NCBI GenBank assembly: GCA_041611735.1
Contig: JBFIML010000068.1
Coordinates: 1 to 13,415, forward strand
Direction: 5' to 3'
Origin: Myxococcota bacterium
GTDB taxonomy: Bacteria > Myxococcota_A > UBA9160 > PR03
Length of the DNA: 13,415 bases
Below the pieces are notes generated by a model. That model saw only the letters and a program-made list of their open reading frames with translations, ran no database searches and had not been told where the DNA came from. This document shows, in pieces, positions 6,059 through 13,415 of the stretch (positions are counted from its first letter, which is position 1; each line of letters starts with the position of its first letter). The position numbers were made by a program, and so were the translations under genes.

Positions 6059-8785
6059 ATGGATCGTCGCTCTCGTGGGTTCGTGGGCCTGCTCGCCGCC
6101 CTGGCGCTCTTGGCCGCGGCTCCGCTGACCGCCTGGGCGGCTCCCGACCTCACCTTCGTGAGCGTCGTCAACGAGGACGACGGCTTCCCCGGCGTCTGCG
6201 CCGCCCCGTGCTTCTCCGTCCAGAAGACGGCGGACGTCTTCTTCGCCGTCAACCCGACCGGTCCGGGCGTGTGCGGAGCGGGCCAGAACACCTACCTCTA
6301 CAAGCTCACGCACCTCGGGGGCAGCGTGAATCCGGCGCCCCCCGTGAACCGCTTCGAGCTCAATGTCGACTTCACCCTGGTGTCCAGCGCCGGCTTCATC
6401 CCGGGTCCCGGCATCGCGCCGAACAGCACGACCGTGAGCCCCCTGAACATCGTGAGCTGGGAGTTCATGGCGCCCCCCATCTTCCAGGGCCAGGCGAGCA
6501 CCCAGCTCTTCCTCTGCTCCCCGGCTCCCCCCGGCGCGCCGGGCCAGACCCTCGTCTCCGTGGGCGGGGGCCCCCTGGATGCCCCCGGCGAGTGCATCGG
6601 ACCGGTGCAGGGCTGCGACCTGCAGGTCGACAAGACCTGCTGCATCCCGCAGCCGCCCATCCCGGCCGGCGACATCTGCGAAGGCAAGAGCATTCGCGCC
6701 GTCTTCGAGGTGGTGGACGGCAAGTGCGCGGACACCACCAACTTCCAGAACGGCGAGGCCAAGTGCAGCGGCCCGAATCCCATCGTGAACCCGGTGTTGG
6801 ACACGGTGTCGGTGGCGTTCCGGAATGCCAGTGACGGCGCCGAGATGCCGGTCACGCCGAGCTCGGGCCTGGCCGTGGGCGACACCTTCGAGATCACGAG
6901 CGTCAACCCGACGCTGCGCAACCAGCTCAAGCTCCTGGTGACGGGGCCCGGCGGCAGCCAGAACGTGGAGATCCACGCCTCCTGCTCCCAGTCCCTGCGC
7001 TGCAACGACCAGTTCGGCAGCCTCAGGCTGGTGGAGCTCGAGACCACGCTCGGCGGCACCACAGTCTGCAACGCGCCGGCGTCGCCCACGGCGGGGACCC
7101 AGTGCGTGCAGCCGCCCGGCCCCGGTGGCACGCCCTGCGACAGCAAGCTGGTCGAGGCGACCTTCAAGTTCACGCCCTCGAACTGCCAGTCGGCCACCTT
7201 CCAGAATGGAGCGGGCAGCTGCGCCGGCGACGCCTCGGACACGAACCTGCCCGTGAGCGTCACCTACACCGGGAAGGATCCGGCCAAGATCTCGGTGATC
7301 CCGGCCGCGGGCATCGGGAGCGGCGAAACCTTCAAGGTGGTGGCCACGGGTCGCGACGAGCTGCACTCGAACACGCCGCTGCTCATCGCCGACAACGACA
7401 GCGTGGAGCAGTCCTTGAGCATCCACACCTCGTGCTCGGCGCCGCTGGCCTGCGGCGACGTGTTCGGGAGCCTCAAGCTGGTGGCCTTCAAGACCAAGAA
7501 CGGGCTCACCGTGGACTGCGACACCCAGCCCGGGCCGATCTTCCAGAATGCGTGTGAGGTGCCGCTGGCGCCGCCCACGCCGCACTGCACCGGCAAGCTG
7601 GAGTCGCTGACGCTGGTCTACCTGAAGGAGCTGTTCGGCGCGAACTGCTCGCTCAGCAACCCGCAGAACGGGAAGGCGAGCTGCAGCGGCGCCAACCTGA
7701 ACGGGGACGACGTCTCCATCACGATCCTCACCGATCCCAGCAAGATCTCCGCGGATCCGAACGCGGACATCGACGAGAAGGGCCTGTTCACCATCACGAA
7801 GGTGGAGAACAACCAGAAGAAGGAGCTCCCGTCGGAGATCCAGTTCACCGCCACCGATGGGAACGCCAACAGCCAGACGGTGAAGATCCACACCTCCTGT
7901 TCGCAGCCGCTGAATCTGGGAGACCGCTTCGGTGACTTCGCCGTGTTCGCCATGGATCGCGGGGACGGCGACAACGCCGACTCCGACAGCGACACCGACG
8001 GCGAGGATGGTCTGATCAGCCTCGGCGGCCTGATCGAGTACCAGTACAAGGTCACCAACCCGAACCCGACCGGCGTCGTCAACGTGGCCGTATTGGACGA
8101 CCCGCACGGCACCATCGTGACCGGGGAGAGCCTGGCGGCGGGCGAGATGAAGACGTTCTTCGCCACCCGCACCCTGTTCGAGACGGTCGTCAACAAGGCG
8201 TTGGTGACGGCGGAGGACGCCGGAGGGGCCGAGTGCACGGCGGCCATGGACCAGCTGACGGTCACGGTGACGTTGCCGCCTCCGGGGTCGTTCGACTGCA
8301 GCGCCGCCAAGCCCATCAACGAGCTCTCGATGGAATGGGGCGGCCTCCAGAACGTCCGGATCCGCGCCTGGAAGGGGAACGTGGGGAGCACGCTCCTGAA
8401 GGATCAGGACAACATCGTGCCGGGCACGGTGGTGAAGGTGACCGGTCTGGGCGGCTCGCCCAACGACCAGGTCTGGGAGGTCTTCCAGGCCGGGACGCTG
8501 ACCAAGATCGGGGAGTCGAAGTTCCACATCTCCTGCTCCGACCCCGACATGAACGGCATCGAGGACTGCGGGAAGAACGAGGGCAACGGCAAGGACAACA
8601 CCGCAAGCCTCATCAACGCCTGGCTGTTCGAGGGCATGAAGGGCAACGGCAAGACGCTGAGCTGCACGCCGGTGGTGATCCCGCCGGGCGGTGGGGGAGG
8701 CAGCTGCGGTCTCGGCTTCGAGCTGGTTCTGCTGCTGCCCGGCCTGCTGTGGCTGCGGCGCCGCCGGAGTGCCCGGGCGAGCTAG
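6059..8785 (+). CDS. Large Cys-rich secreted/surface protein (908 aa), paralog of 841..3666 with a different head domain and the same CGLGFEL-TM-Arg tail
   Basis: ATG 6059 with GGAGG RBS; signal peptide MDRRSRGFVGLLAALALLAAAPLTAWA. HASCS/HTSCS/HTSCS/HISCS at 6974, 7424, 7889 and 8525. Colinear with the paralog from CDLQVDKTCC (6614) onward. Ends GGGGGSCGLGFELVLLLPGLLWLRRRRSARAS. Confidence 0.9.
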   Translation: MDRRSRGFVGLLAALALLAAAPLTAWAAPDLTFVSVVNEDDGFPGVCAAPCFSVQKTADVFFAVNPTGPGVCGAGQNTYLYKLTHLGGSVNPAPPVNRFELNVDFTLVSSAGFIPGPGIAPNSTTVSPLNIVSWEFMAPPIFQGQASTQLFLCSPAPPGAPGQTLVSVGGGPLDAPGECIGPVQGCDLQVDKTCCIPQPPIPAGDICEGKSIRAVFEVVDGKCADTTNFQNGEAKCSGPNPIVNPVLDTVSVAFRNASDGAEMPVTPSSGLAVGDTFEITSVNPTLRNQLKLLVTGPGGSQNVEIHASCSQSLRCNDQFGSLRLVELETTLGGTTVCNAPASPTAGTQCVQPPGPGGTPCDSKLVEATFKFTPSNCQSATFQNGAGSCAGDASDTNLPVSVTYTGKDPAKISVIPAAGIGSGETFKVVATGRDELHSNTPLLIADNDSVEQSLSIHTSCSAPLACGDVFGSLKLVAFKTKNGLTVDCDTQPGPIFQNACEVPLAPPTPHCTGKLESLTLVYLKELFGANCSLSNPQNGKASCSGANLNGDDVSITILTDPSKISADPNADIDEKGLFTITKVENNQKKELPSEIQFTATDGNANSQTVKIHTSCSQPLNLGDRFGDFAVFAMDRGDGDNADSDSDTDGEDGLISLGGLIEYQYKVTNPNPTGVVNVAVLDDPHGTIVTGESLAAGEMKTFFATRTLFETVVNKALVTAEDAGGAECTAAMDQLTVTVTLPPPGSFDCSAAKPINELSMEWGGLQNVRIRAWKGNVGSTLLKDQDNIVPGTVVKVTGLGGSPNDQVWEVFQAGTLTKIGESKFHISCSDPDMNGIEDCGKNEGNGKDNTASLINAWLFEGMKGNGKTLSCTPVVIPPGGGGGSCGLGFELVLLLPGLLWLRRRRSARAS

Positions 8786-8807
8786 CCGCTCGGATCGTGA
8801 GCCCAAG

Positions 8808-8844
8808 CAACGCCCCGGCCTTCGGGCCGGGGCGTTGTCGTTTC
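8808..8844 (+). terminator. Probable intrinsic terminator hairpin (copy 2), between convergent genes
   Basis: Same 13-bp stem, TTCG loop and TCGTTTC as at 3689; again begins 22 nt after the stop (8785). Confidence 0.8.
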
Positions 8845-8870
8845 GGGGACGGGTCTCCGGCCGGATTCGC

Positions 8871-11654
8871 TCAGGGGACGGCAGCCAGGGCGCCGGCCAG
8901 GGCGTGGGCCTCGGGCGTCGCGCCGAACGGGGCGAGCTCGTCGAGGCGCGCCAGGAGCCGGCGGGCCCGCGCCAGATCGCCCGCCTCCACCGCCAGCAGC
9001 CCCGCGTTCCCCAGGGCCTCCGGGAAGAAGGGATCGGCGGCCAGGGCCCGGTCGAAGGCCGCGCGGGCCTCCGGGACCGCGTCCCGACGACGCTGCAGAA
9101 CACCGAGCTGGTTCCAGGCCTCCCCGTCCCGGGGATGCTCCCGCACCAGGCGGGCCAGCTCGCGGCGGGCGGCCTCCCGGTCTCCGCGCCGCTCCAACAG
9201 GGCCGCCAGGCCGAAGCGGGCATCCCGGTGGTCCGGCGCCTCCGCGAGGACCGCCCGGTAGGCGGCCTCGGCGTCGTCCAGGCGGCCCTCGGAGAAGGCC
9301 CTGGTGGCCCGCACGGTGGCGTGGCGCAGGCGCACGCTCCGCGCCAGGTCGAGGCCCGAGGCCTCGGCCAGGGTGAGGCGGGTCCGGGCCCGGTCGGGGT
9401 CGCCTCGCCGCTGGGCCGCGACGCCCTCCACCAGGAGCCGCAGGGCCTCGGTCCGGGGATCCTCCGCGGCGCCGGCACGCGCCAGGCGCTCCAGCAGGGC
9501 GAGCTCCCCGCCGCTGCCTCGCGCGCGGCCGCGCACCGCCAGGGTCTCGAGGAGCGGACGGTCGTCGCTCAGGATCGGCCCCGGGCCGAGCGCCGCGCGC
9601 AGGGCCGCGAAGGAGGCCAGGCGCCGCCGCGCCAGCTCCGAGGGGCCATCGATGCCCAGGCGGTGCAGGGCGGCCGCCAGCTCCGGGTCCCGCACACGCG
9701 CGCCGAGCGCCGCCCGGTCCGGCGTCGGCGGGACGTGCGCGACCACCAGGAGGTTGTTCGCCCCCCACCACACGTCCCCTTCCGGGAAGACGGTGGCCAG
9801 GGTGCGCAGGATCGCGGCCAGCGCCTCGGCGCCGATACGCTCGATGGGCAACCACTGGGCCGCGACGCCGCCCGGGCGCAGCGCCGTCGCCATGCGCTCG
9901 AAGTACTCGCGCGAGTAGAGCCCCGTGGCTCCCAGGGACCAGGGATGCAGCGTGTTGGCCACCACCACGTCGTAGGTCGCCGGGTGGCGGGCCAGCCAGG
10001 CCCGCCCGTCGGCGCGCACGATGCGGATGCGCCCCGGGTCGGCGGCCAGTGCGGCGTCGTTGTCCGGGGCGAACAGGCGCGCCGCACGCAGCACCGAGTC
10101 GGCGATCTCGACGCAGTCGATGCGCTCCAGGGGGAAACCGGCTGCCGTGGCCAGGGTGATGCCGGAGCCCAGGCCGATCTCCAGGAAGCTGCGTGGATCG
10201 GCATGCCGGACCAGCGGCAGCACCGCCAGCAGCTCCTCGGTGGCGCGGGCGTCGCCCCCCGTGGACGCCTCGGGGTCGCCGTCCACCACCAGATCGCGCC
10301 GCCCGCCCACCCGCACCACGGCCGCCGTGGCCTGGCGCCCGTGGTCCACGAAGACGACCCGGCCCGCCGGGCTGCGGACACCGACCCCCGACAGGGTGGG
10401 CGCCGCGGCCAGGGCCACCAGACCGGCGGCCAGCGCGGTTCGCGTCCGGACGCTCTGGCGCGTGGGCGCTGCGTGCGCGAGGAAGGCCAGGGCCAGGGCC
10501 CCGTTCAGCCCCGCGCACAGCAGGATGCTCCCCGCCAGGCCGAGGGTCGGCAGCAGCACGAAAGGAGCGGCCAGGGCGCCGACGATGCCACCGGCGGTGT
10601 TGGCCGCACTCAGGGCGCCGAAGGAGCCGGCCAGGGCGCCGGAGCTGCGCACGCCGAGGCGCACCAGGAAGGGGAAGGCGGCTCCCATGAGGACGCTCGG
10701 GGGCAGGATGCAGGCAGCGATCCAGACCATCCAACGCGTAGAGAGTCCGACGGCCGGGGTCGCTGCGAAAGGCACCAGGACCACGATCCCGGCCGCCACC
10801 CAGACGGCGGCCGCCGTCTGGATCAGCCCGAGGCCGTTCGACGGTCGAGGGCTGCGGACGGCCCGGCGCGCGGCCCAGGCGTTGCCCCCCGCCAGGCCCA
10901 GGAGAAACAGGGCCAGGATCAGGGCCCAGGCGTAGAGGGACGAGCCGAGACGCAGCGCCGCCGCCCGGGTGGCGAGCACCTCGAAGCCCAGGGTGGCCAC
11001 GCCGGCCACGAAGGCCGCGCCGAGCAACGCGGCGGGGGGTCGTGGGGCCTCGGGCTTCGATGCGGCTCGGACTGGCGGGGTCGGACGGGCCAGGGCCAGG
11101 GCGGCCAGGCCGATCAGGATCGCCCAGGCGCCCGCCGCCCACAGCGTCGCGCGCAGACCGAAGGCGGGGATGGCCAGCGCCGCCGTCCCCACGCCCAGCA
11201 CGGCACCCGCCGTGTTGGCGGCCAGCAGGCGTCCCGCGTGGCGAGCCGCCTGCACGGCATCCGCGGTGGCGCTTCGCAGCAGGGCGGGAAGCGTGCCGCC
11301 CAGGAGGAAGGTGAGCGCGGCGATCCCGGCCGCAGCCAGGGCCAGGCGGGTGCCCGGCGCCCGACCCACCCAGGGCTGGGCGCCGAGCGCCCGCAGGAGC
11401 CAGGGCGAGGCCAGCGCCAGGACGCCGGCGGCGATCTCGAGGCCGGCGTAGAGGCGCAGGGGCGCGTGGAGCCGATCGGCGCGCGGGCCGAGGACGCGGG
11501 CGCCCAGGGCGAGCCCCCCGAAGAAGGCGGCCACCACCACCGAGACCGCTTCGATCTGGCCCGCTACCGCCAGCGCCACCTCGCGGGTCCAGACCACCTG
11601 GTAGACCAGGGCCGGGATGCCGGAGAGGAGAGCGAAGACGAGCGCGCGGAGCAT
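8871..11654 (-). CDS. Fused MFS-like membrane / spermidine synthase-like (class I SAM-binding) protein with C-terminal TPRs
   Basis: Two-fold repeated membrane region (VYQVVWTREVALAVAG...FFGGLALG; LGFEVLATRAAALRLGSSLYAWALIL..FLLGLAGG; ANTAGAVLG / ANTAGGIVG). SAM-binding motifs LEIGLGSGIT, IDCVEI, DGRAWL, YDVVV, GLYSREYF and ILSDDRPLLE. TPR-like EAWNQLG...FDRALAADP..PEALGNAG. Confidence 0.88.
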   Translation of the reverse strand: MLRALVFALLSGIPALVYQVVWTREVALAVAGQIEAVSVVVAAFFGGLALGARVLGPRADRLHAPLRLYAGLEIAAGVLALASPWLLRALGAQPWVGRAPGTRLALAAAGIAALTFLLGGTLPALLRSATADAVQAARHAGRLLAANTAGAVLGVGTAALAIPAFGLRATLWAAGAWAILIGLAALALARPTPPVRAASKPEAPRPPAALLGAAFVAGVATLGFEVLATRAAALRLGSSLYAWALILALFLLGLAGGNAWAARRAVRSPRPSNGLGLIQTAAAVWVAAGIVVLVPFAATPAVGLSTRWMVWIAACILPPSVLMGAAFPFLVRLGVRSSGALAGSFGALSAANTAGGIVGALAAPFVLLPTLGLAGSILLCAGLNGALALAFLAHAAPTRQSVRTRTALAAGLVALAAAPTLSGVGVRSPAGRVVFVDHGRQATAAVVRVGGRRDLVVDGDPEASTGGDARATEELLAVLPLVRHADPRSFLEIGLGSGITLATAAGFPLERIDCVEIADSVLRAARLFAPDNDAALAADPGRIRIVRADGRAWLARHPATYDVVVANTLHPWSLGATGLYSREYFERMATALRPGGVAAQWLPIERIGAEALAAILRTLATVFPEGDVWWGANNLLVVAHVPPTPDRAALGARVRDPELAAALHRLGIDGPSELARRRLASFAALRAALGPGPILSDDRPLLETLAVRGRARGSGGELALLERLARAGAAEDPRTEALRLLVEGVAAQRRGDPDRARTRLTLAEASGLDLARSVRLRHATVRATRAFSEGRLDDAEAAYRAVLAEAPDHRDARFGLAALLERRGDREAARRELARLVREHPRDGEAWNQLGVLQRRRDAVPEARAAFDRALAADPFFPEALGNAGLLAVEAGDLARARRLLARLDELAPFGATPEAHALAGALAAVP

Positions 11655-11664
11655 CGCTGCGCGG

Positions 11665-13206
11665 CTACAGCACCGCTTCGATCAGGTGGGGTCCGGGCTC
11701 GGCCAAGGCCCGTTCGAGCTCTCGCGCCAGGGCGTCGGCGCTCTCGACCCGGTTCGCTGGGACGCCCTGGCCCCGGGCCAGCGCCACCCAGTCGAGCTCC
11801 GGCCGGGCCAGCTGGGTGAAGGCCCGGGTGGCGGAGCCCGGCTCGGCCGCCCCGGCCCGCGCCTGCTCGATCTCGAGGATCCGGTAGCTCCGGTTGGCGC
11901 ACAGGACCGTGGTGACGTCCAGCCCCTGGCGAGCCTGGGTCCACAGGGCCTGGAGCGTGTACATGCCGCTCCCGTCGGCCTGCAGGGCGATCACCGGCCG
12001 CTCCGGGCATGCCAGGGCCGCCCCGGTGGCGAGCGGGAGCCCGATTCCGATGGCGCCGCCCGTGAGGCAGAGGTGGGTGTGAGGGGGGGATGAGGCGGCC
12101 GCCAGGAAATGGGGGAGGCTGGAGGTGAGGCCCTCGTCCACCAGGATGGTGCCCTCGGGCTGGAGGGCCGCCACCACGGACCCCAGGCTCTCGGGGGTCA
12201 GGGGACCCGTGCCGCGAGCGGGCCGCACGGGAGCCCGACGGTGCGGGACCCGACGGGCGTCGAGGGCGTCGGCCAGGGCGTCGAGGGCGCCCCGGGCGTC
12301 CTCCTCGGGAGCCGCCAGGACGTGCCGCTTGCAGGCCTCCGGTGCGATGCGGCTGGGGACGTCCGGATAGCCGAAGAAGGAGACCGGCTCGCGGGTGGCC
12401 ACCAGGACGAGGTCCGACAGGCCGGCCAGGGACTGGGCGGCCGTGTCCGGGAAGTAGGGCAGGCGCTCGACGCTCGGGAGGTCGCGGCCCCGCTCCAGGC
12501 GCGCGGGGAAGGTCTCGCAGATCAGGCGCGCCCCACTGGCCGCGGCCACCCGTGCCGCAGCGTGAAGCCCTGCCTGGGAGAGTCCCTGGCCGCCCAGAAA
12601 GAGCGCCGCCTGCCGGGCGCTCCGCAGCGTGCGCGCCACCGCGTCCACGGTCTCCGACGCCACGGCCCGGGGCCCTCTGGCTTGCGGCGTCGCCACCGGA
12701 CCGTCCGCCTCCTCCCACTGGCAGTCCGCGGGCACCACCAGCGTCGCCACCTGGCCCGGCGGCTCGAGGGCGGCAGCCCAGGCCCGGGCGCCGTCGGGAG
12801 CGAGGTCCTTGGCGGAGCGCACCGCGTGCAGCCAGCCGGAGACCGGCCGCGCCAGGGACTCGATGTCCGACGCCAGGGGCGCGTCGTGGGTGGCGTGCCA
12901 GGTGGCGTGGTCGCCGATCAGATTGAGGACGGGGGTGCGGGCGCGGCGCGCATTGTGCAGGTTCGCGATGCCGTTGGCGAAGCCCGGCCCCAGATGGAGG
13001 AGCGTCAGGGCCGGGCGCCCGGTCATGCGGCCCCAGCCGTCCGCGGCGCCGGTGCAGACGCCCTCGAAGAGGCCGAGCACCGGCAGGATGCCCGGGACCC
13101 GGTCGAGGGCCGCCACCAGGGGCATCTCGGTGGTGCCGGGATTCGCGAAGCAGACCGTCACCCCGGCGCCGGCCAGGGTCCGCATCAGGCTCTCGGCTCC
13201 GTTCAT
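11665..13206 (-). CDS. Thiamine diphosphate-dependent enzyme, acetolactate synthase large subunit-like
   Basis: Start MNGAESL at ATG 13206 with GGGAGG upstream. Motifs CFANPGTTEMPLV, LGLFEGVCTGAADG (catalytic Glu), LLHLGPGFANG, GGAIGIGLP and the ThDP motif variant ADGSGMYT...N. Substrate cannot be determined from sequence. Confidence 0.92.
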   Translation of the reverse strand: MNGAESLMRTLAGAGVTVCFANPGTTEMPLVAALDRVPGILPVLGLFEGVCTGAADGWGRMTGRPALTLLHLGPGFANGIANLHNARRARTPVLNLIGDHATWHATHDAPLASDIESLARPVSGWLHAVRSAKDLAPDGARAWAAALEPPGQVATLVVPADCQWEEADGPVATPQARGPRAVASETVDAVARTLRSARQAALFLGGQGLSQAGLHAAARVAAASGARLICETFPARLERGRDLPSVERLPYFPDTAAQSLAGLSDLVLVATREPVSFFGYPDVPSRIAPEACKRHVLAAPEEDARGALDALADALDARRVPHRRAPVRPARGTGPLTPESLGSVVAALQPEGTILVDEGLTSSLPHFLAAASSPPHTHLCLTGGAIGIGLPLATGAALACPERPVIALQADGSGMYTLQALWTQARQGLDVTTVLCANRSYRILEIEQARAGAAEPGSATRAFTQLARPELDWVALARGQGVPANRVESADALARELERALAEPGPHLIEAVL

Positions 13207-13373
13207 GCCGCCTCCCCCCCTCGCGGCCGCCCAGGGTAGCCCCGCAGTCCCGAAAACCTCAATCGGGACTGGACGATCGGGCACCGGGGCCCTAGTGTGT
13301 GCCGCCGTCCGACGGCCCCCGGGGCGCCCTCCTCACGCCCCGGGCTTTCCTCGTCGATCCGGGAGAGCTTCGG

Positions 13374-13415
13374 ATGTCCACCCTCCTGTTCGCCCTCGCC
13401 GCGGCCGTGCTGGCC
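13374..13415 (+). CDS. Probable 5' end of a secreted or membrane protein, truncated by the window edge
   Basis: GGAGAG 6 nt upstream of ATG 13374; reads MSTLLFALAAAVLA, which is signal-peptide-like. Only 14 codons are visible. Confidence 0.5.
   Translation, partial: MSTLLFALAAAVLA

Noticed and set aside
3689-8848. 41-bp direct repeats as CRISPR repeats or mobile-element ends
   Set aside because: Only two copies 5.1 kb apart, no spacers, cas, transposase or integrase; both sit at the same distance after paralogous stops, consistent with co-duplicated terminators.
5693-9478. 1261-aa minus-strand ORF
   Set aside because: Overlaps three supported genes; low-complexity Arg/Ala/Gly-rich shadow translation.
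8691-11819. 1042-aa plus-strand ORF and 786-aa alternative-frame minus ORF (8782..11142)
   Set aside because: Shadows of the spermidine synthase-like gene, which carries the family motifs.
13207-13284. Upstream extension of the ThDP enzyme ORF to 13284 (likewise the 5130 and 5996 starts)
   Set aside because: Family-typical or signal-peptide N-termini with good RBSs begin at 13206, 5217 and 6059.

Overview
GC-rich bacterial DNA; the gene content suggests a Gram-negative, possibly Myxococcota-like organism (inference). The left two-thirds (+ strand) holds two similar cassettes. Each has a small PEP-CTERM surface protein followed by a ~900-aa Cys-rich secreted protein ending in an unusual 'CGLGFEL-TM-RRRR' sorting-signal-like tail, then an identical 41-bp terminator-like hairpin element. 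In each cassette the small protein resembles the N-terminal head of its own large neighbour (clear in cassette 1, remote in cassette 2). The two large proteins share a conserved stalk but have unrelated-looking heads. Between the cassettes lie a membrane protein (EEISWGQR motif fused to a GspG-like C-terminal domain) and a near-consensus sigma-54 promoter preceded by a 9-bp tandem repeat and a G8 tract. The right third (- strand) is a probable two-gene operon: a ThDP-dependent acetolactate synthase-like enzyme and a membrane/spermidine-synthase-like/TPR fusion. A divergent gene probably starts at the right edge. All alignments and counts were done by eye.
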